A stretch of DNA of 64,000 nt from Marsupella aquatica (lineage: Eukaryota; Plantae; Marchantiophyta), in NCBI GenBank assembly GCA_973895155.1, contig OZ316899.1, forward strand, positions 11,471,775 through 11,535,774, given 5' to 3'. Positions within the stretch are counted from its first letter, which is position 1, and each line of letters starts with the position of its first letter. Shown piece after piece: positions 8,798 through 22,200 of this stretch. Position numbers and translations under genes: made by a program. The notes beneath the pieces are model-generated. The model saw nothing but the letters and a program-made list of their open reading frames with translations. It ran no database searches and was not told the DNA's origin.

Positions 8798-10661
8798 ATG
8801 CAGCTACATTTTGCACAAGATGAGGATGCATACTTCACAGCCATGCAGACCAAAAAGTATCAAGGTTTCATGGCCGGATCGGGCTTAGAGACCTTTGTTA
8901 GATTGCCATGGCAGAGGCCGGAGATGCCAGACTCAGACTTGCTAGAATTTGTGGGAGCATGGGACCATGACTCCAACTCGACCAAGATCTATGGGAGAGA
9001 CTTCTATCTCACTCCCAATGTGATTGCCAAAGTATTTGGCTTGCCAATGGGCAACAAGGCTAAGGTAGAAACTCAAAAGAACTTGCCGGACAAGGAGTTT
9101 AGATCGTTCCCCAGGCCATCAACAAAGAATGGCTTCTTCCGCAACACCTGCAACCCGCATATTGGAGAAATGATCAATTTCTTGTGGGTGACAATGCATT
9201 GCAACTTGCCAAGGCCGGAGATCGGCAAAGCACAGGTTAATCTGGCAGAGAGGCCAGACCCAAGCCGGGACTACAATGGGTACCTCCTCAACCAACTAAG
9301 GAAGATATTGAAGGAGGAACAACAGGTGATTAGCCAAGGGAGCGTGTCCGGCTTGGTTATCACATGCCGTTGTTGTGCCAATATGCCCAGAGTTGAATCT
9401 TTGCCCCAATCCTTCCCTTGCAGGCAAGAGCGCCAGAAGAGGAGTCGGAGCCAAGGCCGGCAGCAAAGAAGCCCGACCTGCCCGACAGCCCCACAATAGC
9501 TCAGATCTTTTGGCAGACGCCGGAACCCGGGCCAATGCAGCAACCGGCCATAAAGAGCCTTCTACAGATACTGAATAAGGAGAAGGCAACATTAGCACCA
9601 GAGGTAGTGGTAGCGGGCATCGCAAGAACCGCTAGAGGAGAACCCATGGCCGGGGCCATGAAGAGAAGTAGGTCGGAAAATGAGTTGGGAATGTGGATGT
9701 ATGTAGGAGCCACCAATTTAGAAACCAAGGGACATGGACCCAGGGTTCCCAGTCCTGAGAAGGTGAGCAGAGGCTGGGTGCGGGAGGCGGAAGAGCAAGC
9801 CGCACGTATGCATAGTCCCCGGCAGGATGTCGGATTTGCGGCTAGATGCCGGGTTTGCGGCTAGTCCTAGAGAGGATCCGTAGGCACCAGGATACCCGGA
9901 AGCCGAGGAGCACGTGGAGGAATACCACAAGGACTTGGGTTATGGGTCGGATCGCTCGGTACCAGGGGTGCGGACCTGTGGCCATTTCATCCTCACACTT
10001 CCAAGAGTGGTGCGTGGGGATCCACAACACCAGAAAAACCCGAAGTCTCCCCCAATGGACATACCTCCTCCAAATTACCATGAGAGACAACAGGCCGATC
10101 ACAAGTTGTAGCAGCAATTCAGTGACCTGGAGGAAGCAACCCTGGCCAAGGAGAAGGATTTTCCAGGCGGAGGATGGTCGTAGGACATTTGGTGTCTTGC
10201 AAGGACTCAAGCTGGGCCTTTGCCCACGTTTGATGAGATACGGAGGGCGGCATGGGAAAGAAGGCTGCGTTGGGAGATGTCGGCATCTCCTAACCACTCC
10301 ACCTATGCACATTCTAGAGTCCTGAAGTATGGGAGGATGTGCAGACTACTCGTCCTCGACATCTTTGGGGTAGAATTGGAGACGGGGCCTGTCCACAAAG
10401 AGATGTTGGAGAAAATCTGGTTGGAGGGCGCACTGGCCTTGGAGAGGATGAAGAAGGAGGAAGTCATCCGGCGGCTTAGAGAGAAGGAAGCCGAGGCTGG
10501 AGATTTAAAGGCGGTCAAGCAGGCCCAAGACAAGCTGCTACAAGTTAGGAAGCATGAGATAAGCATCATACAGGGGCAACTGGCCCAGACCAAGGAGGAT
10601 TTGGCCAAAGCCCTCAAGGAGAAGGAGAAGTGGAAGCAGGAGCTGAAGAAGACAGAGGCAG
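8798..10661 (+). pseudogene. Family B LTR-encoded protein, core and start of coiled coil (frameshifted)
   Basis: LLEFVGAWD..TKIYGRDFYLTPNVIAKVFGLP core. The segments VPGVRTCGHF and VIRRLREKEAE are shared with family C. Confidence 0.82.
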
Positions 10662-13600
10662 TGTAATAGAGGGGTTAAGCCCTTAAGGATATAAAAATTA
10701 TCTAATATGAAAAAAATGGTTTTCAATGACCATGTTGAGGACCTTTAATAGCTATTTAGGCATCTTTGAAGTATATTAAGCTTGAATCATGCCAAAGTGC
10801 ATGTAAAGATGTTATGGTCCCTCATCCGACTCAATAGTGAAAGAAGAATAAAACCATCAATGGATTGGTATTGGGAAAATCTGATAGCAAGGAGAGACCT
10901 ACTTCAACCCCTCAAGGAAAAGTTTGGCTTTGGAATTGAGGTTCAATTTTTCACAAATTTGAGTTAGACGGCTAATTCTAAGGTGAATTAATTAGTGCAT
11001 TTTAGCAACAAGTAGCTCAATCTTTTATCAAGTTTGTGTTGCCCCACCTTCCAGTAGTTCATGGGAAAAATTACACCAACTAAGTGATGGAAATTGAGGA
11101 GTTATTCCATCCAGAATTTGAACCGGTTTTCATCCGGTTTTTGAGCCGATTTTTGATCCGGTTTGGACATACCATCCGGTAGAAAAACTACCATAACTCT
11201 CAAACCATTTATTCAAATCAAGATCTGTAAAGTGTGTTGGAAAGCTTTTTCCGAGGCGGTTAAGAAATATATAAAGAAGTCTGAAAATGGATTCGAAATG
11301 ACCCACTTAATATTACGAGTCTCCAACCGGTGCAACCAAGAGATATCCAAAATTTCCGGACAAATAATGGAATGAAGATTTTGAAGCGTTGTTTTCACAC
11401 CATTAGACCTTCAAGATGTCTGAATTTGGACCAATAGGAAGTATGATCCATGGCTAAGGACCTTACCCAATCAAAATGGTTGGATAAGTATGAAAGGATA
11501 CTATGAAAATATATACCCATTCATTGGAAGATGGAGAGACTAGATAGTCAAATTCTTATTACTCTAGCACTCCTACATTTTACCTACACCAATGGACACC
11601 ATCTCAAGACCTCATTTTTGGAAACTTTTCACTTTGAAACCAAGAAATATACTACCTGCCTCCCATTTACTACTACCTTTGGAGGTGTCACTTTCATGCC
11701 AAACCCTCTCAACTCCATTGACCCAGCAGTAGACCCCACATGGTGAAGCCTGACACTTAAACTCCCAAATAGTAAAAAGTTATTCAATCCGGAAGTTGAA
11801 CCGGCTTCCCATCCGGTTTCCCACCCGGTTTCTGATCCGGTTTTGTGTTTATGGCCTTATAAAACTTAGTATAGGAAGAATTAGACCTTGAATTTTTGCT
11901 AAGCACTTTATCTCATAGTCTAGTTTCATACTTTAGCATTACTTTTTACTTTTACACTTAGGTTAGGAATTGAAGAGGCATACCTCTTCAACTTTTGTTT
12001 AGAGGAGACTTTTCCCTAAAGTATAAGAGGGAAAGTTTCCACCATTTTACTCACACTTGCATTTCACTTCTGAAAGTCTCCTTCTTTGAAGAGAAGTAAT
12101 AGATTCATATTATCTTTGGTAATCTATGACTTGTGTTTGGAATTTAGTGCGTGACCATACTTGCTAAAATTTGTTTGATGTGACTAGCAATGCCTTGCCA
12201 ATGTTCAGATTGACTGAAAATGCATGCTTGAGATCATGCAAAGATCTGAATTAACTTGAGTATTTGGAATACTTATCAAGTATTTTTGGAAGATGCACCA
12301 GACGAGAACTCACAATTACCATAGATCCAGAAGAGCAATCTGGAGAGTTGATAAAAAGAGGAAGCTTGTTCGGAGTGATTAGTACCGCCTTGTTTTGACT
12401 TGGCCATAAAGTTAATATGGACTTACTTCCATATATCTTTTACAAATTCTTAGATGGTTGGCTTTAAAGATGAGCTTTAGGCATCAGCCTAATTTAGTCA
12501 GACTCTCTGTTGACTCTTAATTGTGCCTAACTTAGTCATAGATTGCTAAGTGGCGAGAGGAGATGAGACATTTGAGGCTCACCTAACCCTATCTTTACAC
12601 TTCCGGCTTTTGGTTGTTTTCTTATATTTTTTTATTTTTATTTTTTTAAAATTTCATCTTTATTCCGCGTGAACCCCACGGATGAGGAAACCAGCAGGCC
12701 CAAGGCAAAAGGGCCACAAGGCCAAAAAGGACAACAACAGATGTATCCCTGCATACCAGAGGGGAACAACACCACAAGACCAATCCCGAGCCAATTCAGG
12801 AGCTAAGCAATGATCTTAATACTCCATGCTACAGTGTTCAGCCAAATCAGCACATGATTAAATCATCATATGAACAATAGAGCATCGAAGTATCTAAATG
12901 GGTCCCTACATTTGGTGAAGATCATTCACCGTCATGATCCTGTCAGATTCACTGGTCATTGGGATGTTAGTTTCTGTACCCTACCCCTAAGTAGCCTACG
13001 TTGCTCTGCCTCCACCATAGTCCTAGCCTGGGAAAGCCGCCCAATCTTATGGCCAGAGCAAGACGAAGCAGCCACAGCCGACAGGTGATCAATAGTCTCA
13101 GTGCAGATATTAATCTGATCAAAAATGCCGTTTCTGGTCCAATCAAACGTCTGGCCATTCCTGGCAAGCCACAGGGACCACAAAGTTTGGTACATCAAGA
13201 AAACCTGTAACGTATGCAGAGGGGTCTTCCCCTGCATCGACAATAGGAGATGCACCAAACCAAGGGCCCGGTTAAATAATCTCCCATTCAGCCAGCCCTG
13301 CATTACCAGCCAGCAAGCCCCTGCATGGCGGCAGTCAAAGAAAATGTGCGGGATAGTCTCCACCGCACCGGAGCAGAGTGTACATACCCCATCAGACTTC
13401 CCAATCCTCAGAGCTTTGGAGCCAGAAAATAAACCCTGGGCAAGGATGCGCCATAAGAAGGTTCGGGCACGAGTGGAGAGATCTGCAGTCCATATAACCT
13501 GCCAGACCTTACACCATTCAATCTCAAGCAAGTTCACATTCCAGATCCTGTTAAGCCTGCAGAAATCAGATCCCTTGGGTCTTAGCAACTCAAACACCCT

Positions 13601-14080
13601 GAGATTGGGAAGCCCAAATTTAGTCAGGGGCACACTGTCCTTATCAATCCATCTCCATAGTCTTGCCCCTGAGTCCCTAGTTGTTTCTCTGCAGATAGAT
13701 CTGTGAAGAGTGGCAATAAAGGATAGACAAAATCTCCTATCGTCTTCCGGTAGACCCCTCAGTCTGAGCATCTTCTCATTCATATCCATCCACTGATTAT
13801 TCAGAGCAGACCGCAAATCGTTGACTTTCCTGTTTTCTTATATTTTTAGAATTTATTATTGCACTGTTGATGATGCAAACATCACAATACCTGAGGATGT
13901 ATTAAAAATTCTTCCACTTGACCTAAGCATGTCGGTAAAGGCTTGAAATCTGAGATAGGTTAGCTTAACTATCTCAAAGTATGTTAATACAATCTTTTAG
14001 GTCTCACAAGCTCTTAACGGAAACAAACTCTGGTTGTTTAAGAGGAAAGTAGTTCATATTTCCTTAAACCCTACTCTACA
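10662..14080. mobile_element. AT-rich solo LTR (about 2.2 kb without the nested LINE)
   Basis: TGTA...TACA termini and an exact 5-bp TSD GGCAG at 10657-10661 and 14081-14085. No internal gag or pol. Confidence 0.88.
12632..13830 (-). mobile_element. 5'-truncated L1-type LINE (ORF2 C-terminus with zf-RVT)
   Basis: ORF 12956-13816 has WTADLSTRARTFLWRI..CTLC..ETIPHIFFDC. There is an A-rich tail and an about 17-bp TSD, TGTTTTCTTATATTTTT, at 12615-12631 and 13831-13847. Confidence 0.9.
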
Positions 14081-14085
14081 GGCAG

Positions 14086-15300
14086 CTCACATAATGGTCT
14101 GCAACAAAGCCATGACCGAGGCCCAGAGGAAGGAGCGGGCACTGAAGGATGAGATCAAACAATGCCACAAGGCCCTCCATCAGAAAAAAGCCAAACTTGA
14201 TGAGACCTACAAGGGCATCGACAAGTTAAAGGAAGACCTTGACAATAGGTCGACCAACTTTCAAGCCGAGCTGCATAAGAAGGATGACATGCTTGATCAC
14301 CTACAAGAAGATGAAGAAGATCAAGTTTGATGTTGTCCATGAGCTCAACGCGGAGCTAAAAGCAACCCAAGAGGAGAGGGCGGCCTTACCAAAGGAGTTC
14401 GACGAGAACATGGCAAAGTTGGAGCAAGCTTGCGGGGATTTAGACGAGACCCTGGTGGAATTGGAGGACGCCGCAGAAAATAGAAAATCTGTAGAGGCGG
14501 GCGGACAACCAAACCGAGCGGTTGAAGAAGCAATCAGAGGAGCTAAATCGGCTGGCCGCAACAAGTGGACCCCCGGTGGCGGCAACAGGGTTGCCAAGCG
14601 TGGTACTGACCAAACGACAAGCCATGGTACCCTCACCTTTGCCGGAAGTAAGTGGCAAGGGGAAGGCACCAGCTGCTTGGGAGGGGAAGGACAAAAAGTG
14701 GAAGCCTTCCGGGTCAAGGAGTCACACTGTTTGTCAGGCCACCGTGGCTGAGGTGGAGAGCATGGCACCGGCCTTATGCGAGGTAGTGGCTGTCAAGGTG
14801 GTAGTCTTGGAGGTAGGCCAAGAACACCGGTTGGGGGAGGCCATGACAAGCATTGACTCAAGGTTGCCAACCATTGATTGGCATCAACCGCAACCTTGGG
14901 AGGACAAGACACCCCGACTCATAGAACGAGCCTATGAGGAGGACCACTACGGCAGGGTAGCCAGCACCGGGAGGGACAGTGTAGGAGCCGTAAGGGTGGA
15001 CCCCCATTGGCAAAAGCCGGGCAGGCAGAAGCCGAGGCCGAGGTAAGGGTGGGGCCCGGTTACGCCAAGGATGGGTTGACCCAGTCAGGAGTGGGTAACC
15101 TGTCAGAGGACGGGACACCTACATTGGCCGTCAAGGAAGGATTGGGGGCGTCCATTGAGGGTCAGCCACCGGCGTCACGACGGTGGAAGGGCGCCGTCCC
15201 TTTTAGGGAGGGCGAACTTGGAGGTAGGAGGCGTGAGTGGGCAGAGCGGGCACAGACCTCAAGATTTAGAATTAGGATCAGGACCAAGAAGCGGCCCTGA
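14086..15300 (+). pseudogene. Family B LTR-encoded protein, coiled coil and C-terminal tail (continues after the insertion)
   Basis: KKTEA|AHIMVCNKAMTEAQRKERALK joins across the GGCAG TSD. It aligns with family C EETHIAANNRAMAETQRRERALK. Confidence 0.82.
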
Positions 15301-16310
15301 AACTTAGATTAATGGGATTGCGGATCCACTAGTAAGAGCAACACTTGTGCTCTTGCCCCGTTGTACATAGGTAGATTCCACTTATCGGTAGATTTGGCTT
15401 ACGCAGCAAGGAAATAGGTAGGTACGCTGTCGGGATAAATACCTGGGTAGCGGGGACCCCAAGGCCTTCTTCTTAAGCAAGTTTTTAGTGCACCAGCAAG
15501 GCTGGGATCAATTAGTAAAGAGAAGCTCTTGGTTAGTTATGCTCTGACCCTTGTGTACATTCATGTTTCCTCATGCCTAAGAGCTGAATAGAGTTGGCCT
15601 TCGGGCTTAGTTTGCAGACCTTGTGTATGAGAAGTACTCCTTGTATGACAATGGCATGGCATACCTTAGTCAGTAGGAGTCATCTTTCTAATTGTGTGTC
15701 GCACCAACTTGTGTGAAGAGTGCCCACATCAACCAAAGAGACAAAGGAAGTTTAGAAGCAGGGAGAGTTGGATGTGTTGAGCTGAGAGGGATCTTAGCGG
15801 CTACCCAAGCCGATTGGGCATCATTCTAGGGGTAGAATCCAAACATACCTAAAGGGAGACCAATAGAAGAGAGTAAGGAGAGGCCTAGAGTAAGTTGGGT
15901 GCATATCTCATGACCCGGTGAAGGATCTGTCCAGTATATGTGGTTAAAAGTAGAGAAGAGTTAGCAGCATCCCGTGCTGATAAACCGCGGAACCGGCCTT
16001 GGCAAGCAAGAAACCGGTGGGAATCGGCTTGTTCAAGGAGGGTTCTTGGATTTAGAGAGCCATGGGACACCCACAGGCACACACCCACTATCTTCGCCAT
16101 TTTGGGCGTCGTCCCACAAAAGAGGAAACGAGTCGGCCAAGTAAGCATCAATCGCGGAACTCGACTACCTTAACACTTAGCTCCGGCGTTGCCCACTCCA
16201 ACGCCAAGCTCCCTTATGGTCCAGGCCCAGATAGGCCATTCGGGGAGGAATTAGCATGGGAAGACTTGTGGGCGATGAGATGTGGCACTGGCAAAGGCAA
16301 AACGCCAAGC

Positions 16311-17617
16311 TGGTGACACACACTAAGGACTTAGGCTAACCGAGAGCTGGTTGGGTCAAGGGGAAAAGAGGCCGGGCTCAAGGTTGACCGTCCAGACCCC
16401 TGGATGGACTTTGAGTTCAGAGGGCTTGAGTGTGATCTCCTCTTGGGCCCAAGGCCAATGGGGTTGATGCCATGGGCGACGGACGCTTGGGGCGTGAGTT
16501 ATGGCCCGATCCGAGTTTGGCCGATCGGGGACCCCAAGCGGAAATGAGACCTGAGGGCCTAGGCATGAGCACTGGGTCGGCCCGATCATAACAGGCTAAG
16601 GCACTCCGCTTGCGGACGCCTAATGAGAAAGTTATGGGTGTTGCCAGTTGGTTGCGCGCCCAGTATGCGAGATAGGGTCTGGGTTGGGGGCCAGAAGTCC
16701 AAGGACCAAAGCTGGTCCGGGGGTGGCAGGTCTCCAGAAGCATATATGAGGGGAGTGGTGTCTCCTTGTGGGCTAAGGGCGAGCCAAAGTCGTGAGCCGC
16801 GGCGGTCGCGACACTAAGGGAAACCGCCAAACGGAAACGGTGATATCTTCCCAACGGGAAGTCCATTGGAGGACTTCTTGGGTGCGTTGGAAAGCTCTTG
16901 AGAAGGGCTATGCCCTCCTGAGCTCAGCTGGGTCTGGGTGTACCATGGGTTTGCGGGGTTTGCGGGTGTTAACTTGCCGACTTGCCAAATCCTACCGAAC
17001 AGCAGCCAAGCGGCGTTCAGTCTCCCAAGGGAGCTTGCATTGGGGAGAGGCCAAGTAGGTGTGGAGGTTGAGCTACAAGAGTGCTCGGTCCCTAGGCCTT
17101 CAGTGAGGCGAATCGAGAGTTGGTTGCTAGAGTCGGGGCCATTCTGGTCCCGACGTGTTGGGACAAGCTTTGATATTTGGGCCATGAGCATGTCCCGGGG
17201 TCAGGGCGGTCAGTTGGTGATGGATAAGTACAAGGGGGAACCCGGGCCGCGCCCAAGGAAGGAGCTGTTTTAGACAAATAGTGGGCGTGGGTTCTGGTTC
17301 CTGCTTATGGCATCGGGAGGACCTATGTTGACCTATTTACCAATGTCTGTTGAGCTTGAGTTAGGATGCTAGACTTGGCGAGTTCTAGATCTTGAAGGGT
17401 TACTTACCGAGGTGCTTGGTTGCTTGTACAGACAGTGAGGACCGTTGAGTAGCGGTCGCGTTGGAGAGCAAGTGCGGCTTTGTATGGGAGGGGCCGCTAG
17501 TGGTGCAAGGGGCACTAGGGTGCTTACTCGAGGTATTCCGTGGAGACATTCGGGCACCGGGGGCACTTAGGCGTGAGTGTTGGGATTGGTGAGGGCGCTA
17601 GGTGGCTAGGTCCACCA
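16311..17617 (+). mobile_element. Chromovirus 5' LTR (start position uncertain)
   Basis: TGGTG...CACCA termini. 16713-17617 aligns with 45277-46205. Followed by a tRNA-iMet PBS. Confidence 0.7.
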
Positions 17618-17621
17618 CTTG

Positions 17622-17632
17622 TGGTATCAGAG
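17622..17632 (+). promoter_or_regulatory. PBS, tRNA-iMet (TGGTATCAGAG)
   Basis: Canonical plant Met-i PBS, 4 nt after the LTR end. Confidence 0.88.
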
Positions 17633-17835
17633 TGATTGCTGGCATAGACACCAGGCCGGGGTGGTGCTAAGTTGGAATCCAAAAATCTTAACAGATTTTT
17701 GCGGGGACTTAGTGCTTCAACGTGCCCTGTGGGTCGACTGCGGGCAGATTCGGTCGTTGGGAACATGGCTAAAAACACTCGATCAAAGAGTGGAAAACAG
17801 GCTCCCCCTGCCAAGGGGAGAGCCCAAGTTCAAAA

Positions 17836-18515
17836 TGAATAGAAGGAGGACGGGTCAACTTCCCTAGATGAACATTACAAGCAGGACAACGAAGACATGG
17901 CGGCCGAACCGTTGACCGCCGCAGCAAACACGTCAAGTGCAGAGCGCCATCAACTTAAAGGGAAGGAGGTGGCCAATCCTTCAGAGGACGGGTCGGACAA
18001 TGACGGCTCCAATGCGGATGGAAGTGACGACGATGCAGAAGCTGAATTGGAGGAAGAGGGTCAAGACCCAGAGGAGGAACTGATCCCAACCTTGAGAGGG
18101 TTGGATGCAGAACCAGAGGATGATGTCGAGTCAGACGTCATCATGGATAATTTGACCAAGCAGAACCAGGGCAATGCGGGTGATGCCTCAGTCCCGGGAG
18201 GTCATGGTGCTTGCAAGATGCGGGGGGTGTTACCAAAATCCACAAGAGAACCTAAGGATAGGCGGGCCGCAAAGGAAAGACGGTTGGAGAACCATCCTCA
18301 TACAACCCGCAAGGGCCCAACCGCTGACGACGGTTTGGGTCCGTTGACTTAAGACCAACGACTCATTTATGAGCAGTTGGAACACAACAAGGGGGCCCAA
18401 ATTAAGTACTTAATTAGTCTGGGTAGTCAGAGTGCGACGCGTCCTGAGGGGGGAATGGTAATTGGACGGAGTATGTTCCAAGTGAACCAGCTACCGAGGG
18501 TATAACGACCGTGAC
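17836..18515 (+). pseudogene. Probable N-terminal part of chromovirus gag, truncated
   Basis: Acidic low-complexity ORF 17897-18352 just downstream of the PBS. Called from position only; no diagnostic motif. Confidence 0.45.
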
Positions 18516-19238
18516 AGGAAACTGTAAAAAGCAAAAACTAAATAGGAAAAATGTTTGAGAACAAGACACACAAAGATTGCCAAGATAACATGTAAAATAG
18601 AAGATTCTTAAAATCAATGCTGTCAATATGCACAACTGGACTTGCCCCTTATATTTCAGAGACAAAATTTTGGTCCGAAGTTGATACTTTTGGTCAAGGT
18701 TAAAAACTCAACTACCTGAAATCCCACAAAAACATACAAAGCATCCCATCTTCTGTCTTCCAAAAAACATATTCGAATGAGTGAGTCCAAAACAAAGTCA
18801 TAAAACCAATGAGGATGGCAACTCATACTCTTGCTTGAAAACAAATATTTAAGTGCGTTTAGTGTAAGAAAAATATGTACAACTGATTGTGCTCGCAAAA
18901 CACCACATTTATTTAGAAAACACATTCATTTACTGAAAAGCTTAACATATTGCCGACCGGCTTGTCTGAGGGTAATACAATGGAAAATCCTCACGAACGA
19001 ATGTGAACTCAATAACTAATCCATGAAAGAAACCCTCCAAGGCTAGAAACTCAATACAAACTTAGAGTCCGAGGGATCATCTGTGCTACTACATTGTTGG
19101 GATGATATGACTGCCCATGCTAGCGTCGGGCGCTACTCAAAACTATAGTGTCCTTCTCAAGATCCAGGATTGCACGAAGATCCACATTCATCGTCCACCC
19201 CTACTTTCGCTCTAAACCATCTTGTTGAAAACCAAATG

Positions 19239-22200
19239 TGTCACGTCGTCGGCTGCGGCCTTAACTCAGACTTCAACTTAGACGGGCACATCCCTCGTAA
19301 ATCTGAGGGTTTGGGCAGGAAGGGAAGCACGTAATGCACCTTATTCTCGTAAACTAGCGCTAAGTGCGCATACTGCTAAATACGGACACCTCCTAGGTAT
19401 GGTTTGTGTTCCGCCGCCGGAACGTACCTTAGTCGATAGCAGGATCGACCCCGGCTTAAGGGCTTCTAAGCCTTCGTGCTGTCCGCCTTCGATCCGGATT
19501 CGATGATACAGGTCCTCAACCCGTGCTCACAACCACTTACCCGTAGGCTGCACCCTGTGCACGTCTCGGGTAGTGCATTCGGCCTGGCGCTGCCACCCAT
19601 ATACGAGAAACCCACACACATACACGCGCACATGCATACAATCTCGATTTACACGAAGGAAAATGATGGGAAAGGATTTTACTACAAAGGAAACATATGC
19701 GTACACTTAGTTGACCCGACAGCCCCGGAATGAACAGGTTCAAGGCCGAGGGTGCACACTACAACGGAGCCAGGCTCCGCACTCGCCCGACGAGCTTAGT
19801 CCTACCCCCTCCCCTTGGTACTCTTTCATTCCCAGAGGTCGGGACTCCCCGCACATACCGCGGACGTCCAACTCTGCAACTAAAAACCCCCCTGCCTCTA
19901 CCGAGGGGTGCACTAAATACTAAGGGACGAGGGATGGGGTGTCCTCTCGCCAAAGATTCGCTGACTAAGGTCCTAACTAAGCTGACAGTCAGGCCGGAAA
20001 ACGGCTGTGTCTTATTAGAAGATCCTAATCTACGCAAGCTGGACAGCATGGCAGCACTGCTGTACCTAAGGCAGGTGCCTGTCCCAAGAGCCTGACTAAG
20101 CCAGTCCTAATCCTAATCTATTCCTACTCCGCTGCTAATGCCTGGCACACTTGCCAGAGCCGCCCGAATGGGAGCGGCCATCCCGCTGCCTTCGAAGCCT
20201 GTCATTGTCCGCCTTGAGGAGCTGGACCTGGTCCAGCAGAGATTCGTTCTCTCGCCTCGCCGCGTCCGTCTCCTCTACTGCCTCCTGACATGCCTCCTCC
20301 AACTGCTGGGCGTCGCTCGTCAGTTTACCCGCCAGCTGGTCCTGCTTCTCGGCCTTGGTTTGGAGCCGCGCCACCTCAGCCTGCAGCGTGGCTATCTCCG
20401 CCGTGTCCCGCTGGGCCCGTTCCTTGGCCTCCTCCAGGTCTTTCTGCCAGGTGACGGTTTGATTCTTCAAACTGTCAATCTGGTTCCGGAGTCGTGTAAT
20501 CTCGGCCTCGTTCCTAGCTTTGGCCTGTTCGGCTAGGGCGGTAAGAGCGTGCGCCTTTGCTAACAACTCATCGGCGGCTGCAACCTTGGGTCGTAGTTGC
20601 AGAAGCTCAGCCTCTTGAGCCGCAACTTCGTTCTTTAGGTACACGGACTCCACCCGGTACCGCTCTATCCTCTGAAGGGCCTCTGACTGGGCCCGACCTG
20701 CCTTTACTACGGCAACCAACTCCTGATTGAAGAAACAGGCTACCTTCCGGGCCATGAACTCCCCGGTATCCCGGGCAATTTGATGAGAGAAATCTCCCAG
20801 AAGCCCGTTCAAAAATGTACCTGGTACGAAGAGTTCCGGGTGGTCCAGGTTGTGCCTGTCCGGAGTTGGGCACGGGCAGACGTCAACACGCGCGGGGGCC
20901 GGGGCAGTGACGTCCAGCCCTGGGGACGTAACGTTGGAAGGGGCTGGAGTGTCCTCCTGCAGCAATGTCCGGTTCTCAGGAATAGCCACCGGTGGGTCTT
21001 TGGGAGACCCGGGCTCGGGTAAGACCTCCGCCGTACCGACTTCTGTACTTAGCTCGGCTTGTTGGGTTGCATCAACGGTTGCGACAACCGACCCATCCGG
21101 TACCTCCTCGGTTACGACTACAACTACTTGTGGAGGTGGGGTGGGTGAAGCTGGCGTGTCCGCTGGACTTCGGGCCTCGGGTTGGGGCCGTCTCTCCAAG
21201 GCCGGGAAAACCCACCTAGCTGGGACCAGCTTTGTAAGTTGACACGGGGAAGGGTTCGTCGATCAAACCGGGCGTACCACTCAAGAATGATCTTGATGTG
21301 GCTAGCGAAATACGCCTTCCCGCCAATGTACAGCGTCTTCCTTCGCCGCTCCATCTCTTCATGGAATTTCTTAGCGAAGTACGATGCCCACTTCCTAGGT
21401 CGATAGTTCTCGACCTGGATAACTTGGGCGGCGGAGATCTCCCCCCGGGGTTCCATCATGTGGAGGGCGTACCTCTGGAACTCCAGTCGCTCAGTTATCT
21501 CGGGGATGAGGCAGGTCTTCATCACGAACCCGTTGTCCACTGCTCCCTCTGAGGGAAAACTTGAAGATTGGTACTTGGCTCCCTTGCCCCCGGGAGCCCG
21601 TGATTCGACTCGATGGTCACCTTCGGGTAACCCGAAGATCATCTTGAGCCGTTCTTCCGTGAGGGACATACTCCTTCCCCGCAGCCGAGTATGTTGACGC
21701 GCGTCGTCATAATTCTTGACGAACTCCGTCATGTCCTCCCCGTAGTACCTGCAAGTGTTCCAGGGGAGGGAGGCGAGGTGCTTGAATCCCTGAGTCTTCA
21801 GGTACACCGCATGCTTGGGATGGAGGATGTTTTTGTGAATGTTTTCCCCCATGCGGTGCATTGTCACCTTGGCTACGGCTACCATGGCCAACGGTAACCC
21901 GGATGCAGTGGTGTATTCCTTCCTCTTCTTCCCCCGTGACTGGCTCGGGGAAGGTGATACTTCCCCATCCTCCCGATTGGGCCTGGGTAGTGCCACTACC
22001 GTTAGTAACGGGCCCGGGGCGGCCATGGTCACCATGTTGTCTGCCGGGGCCGCTCCTGGGGTCAGAGCAGGGGGTGGGGACGATATAGTGTCGGCCCCTG
22101 AGCGCTTGTTCCTCTGGGCCACCTGGTCAAGGGTGGGGTAGCCTTGTCGTCATCGCTAAGATCCATGGCGTTGATGATGGAGCGTACTTGTGTTGGCTGG

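Larger units (their letters stand above)
8783..16075 (+). mobile_element. Family B giant LTR, 5' part missing (family A LTR abuts at 8782; solo LTR inserted at 10662-14080)
   Basis: Ends GCCATGGGACACCCACA at 16075, homologous to the family C LTR end GCCATGGGA(C/T)GCACCACA. No PBS follows, so it is a 3' or solo LTR. Confidence 0.8.

Noticed and set aside
13125-13706. Antisense ORFs over LINE, gag-pol and coiled-coil regions (many in the ORF track)
   Set aside because: Shadow frames of real coding strands, with no recognisable motifs.
16076-16310. Missing 5' part of the D-like LTR gene that resumes at 46206
   Set aside because: I could not align any frame to the A/D protein and there is no TSD support. 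Left unassigned.
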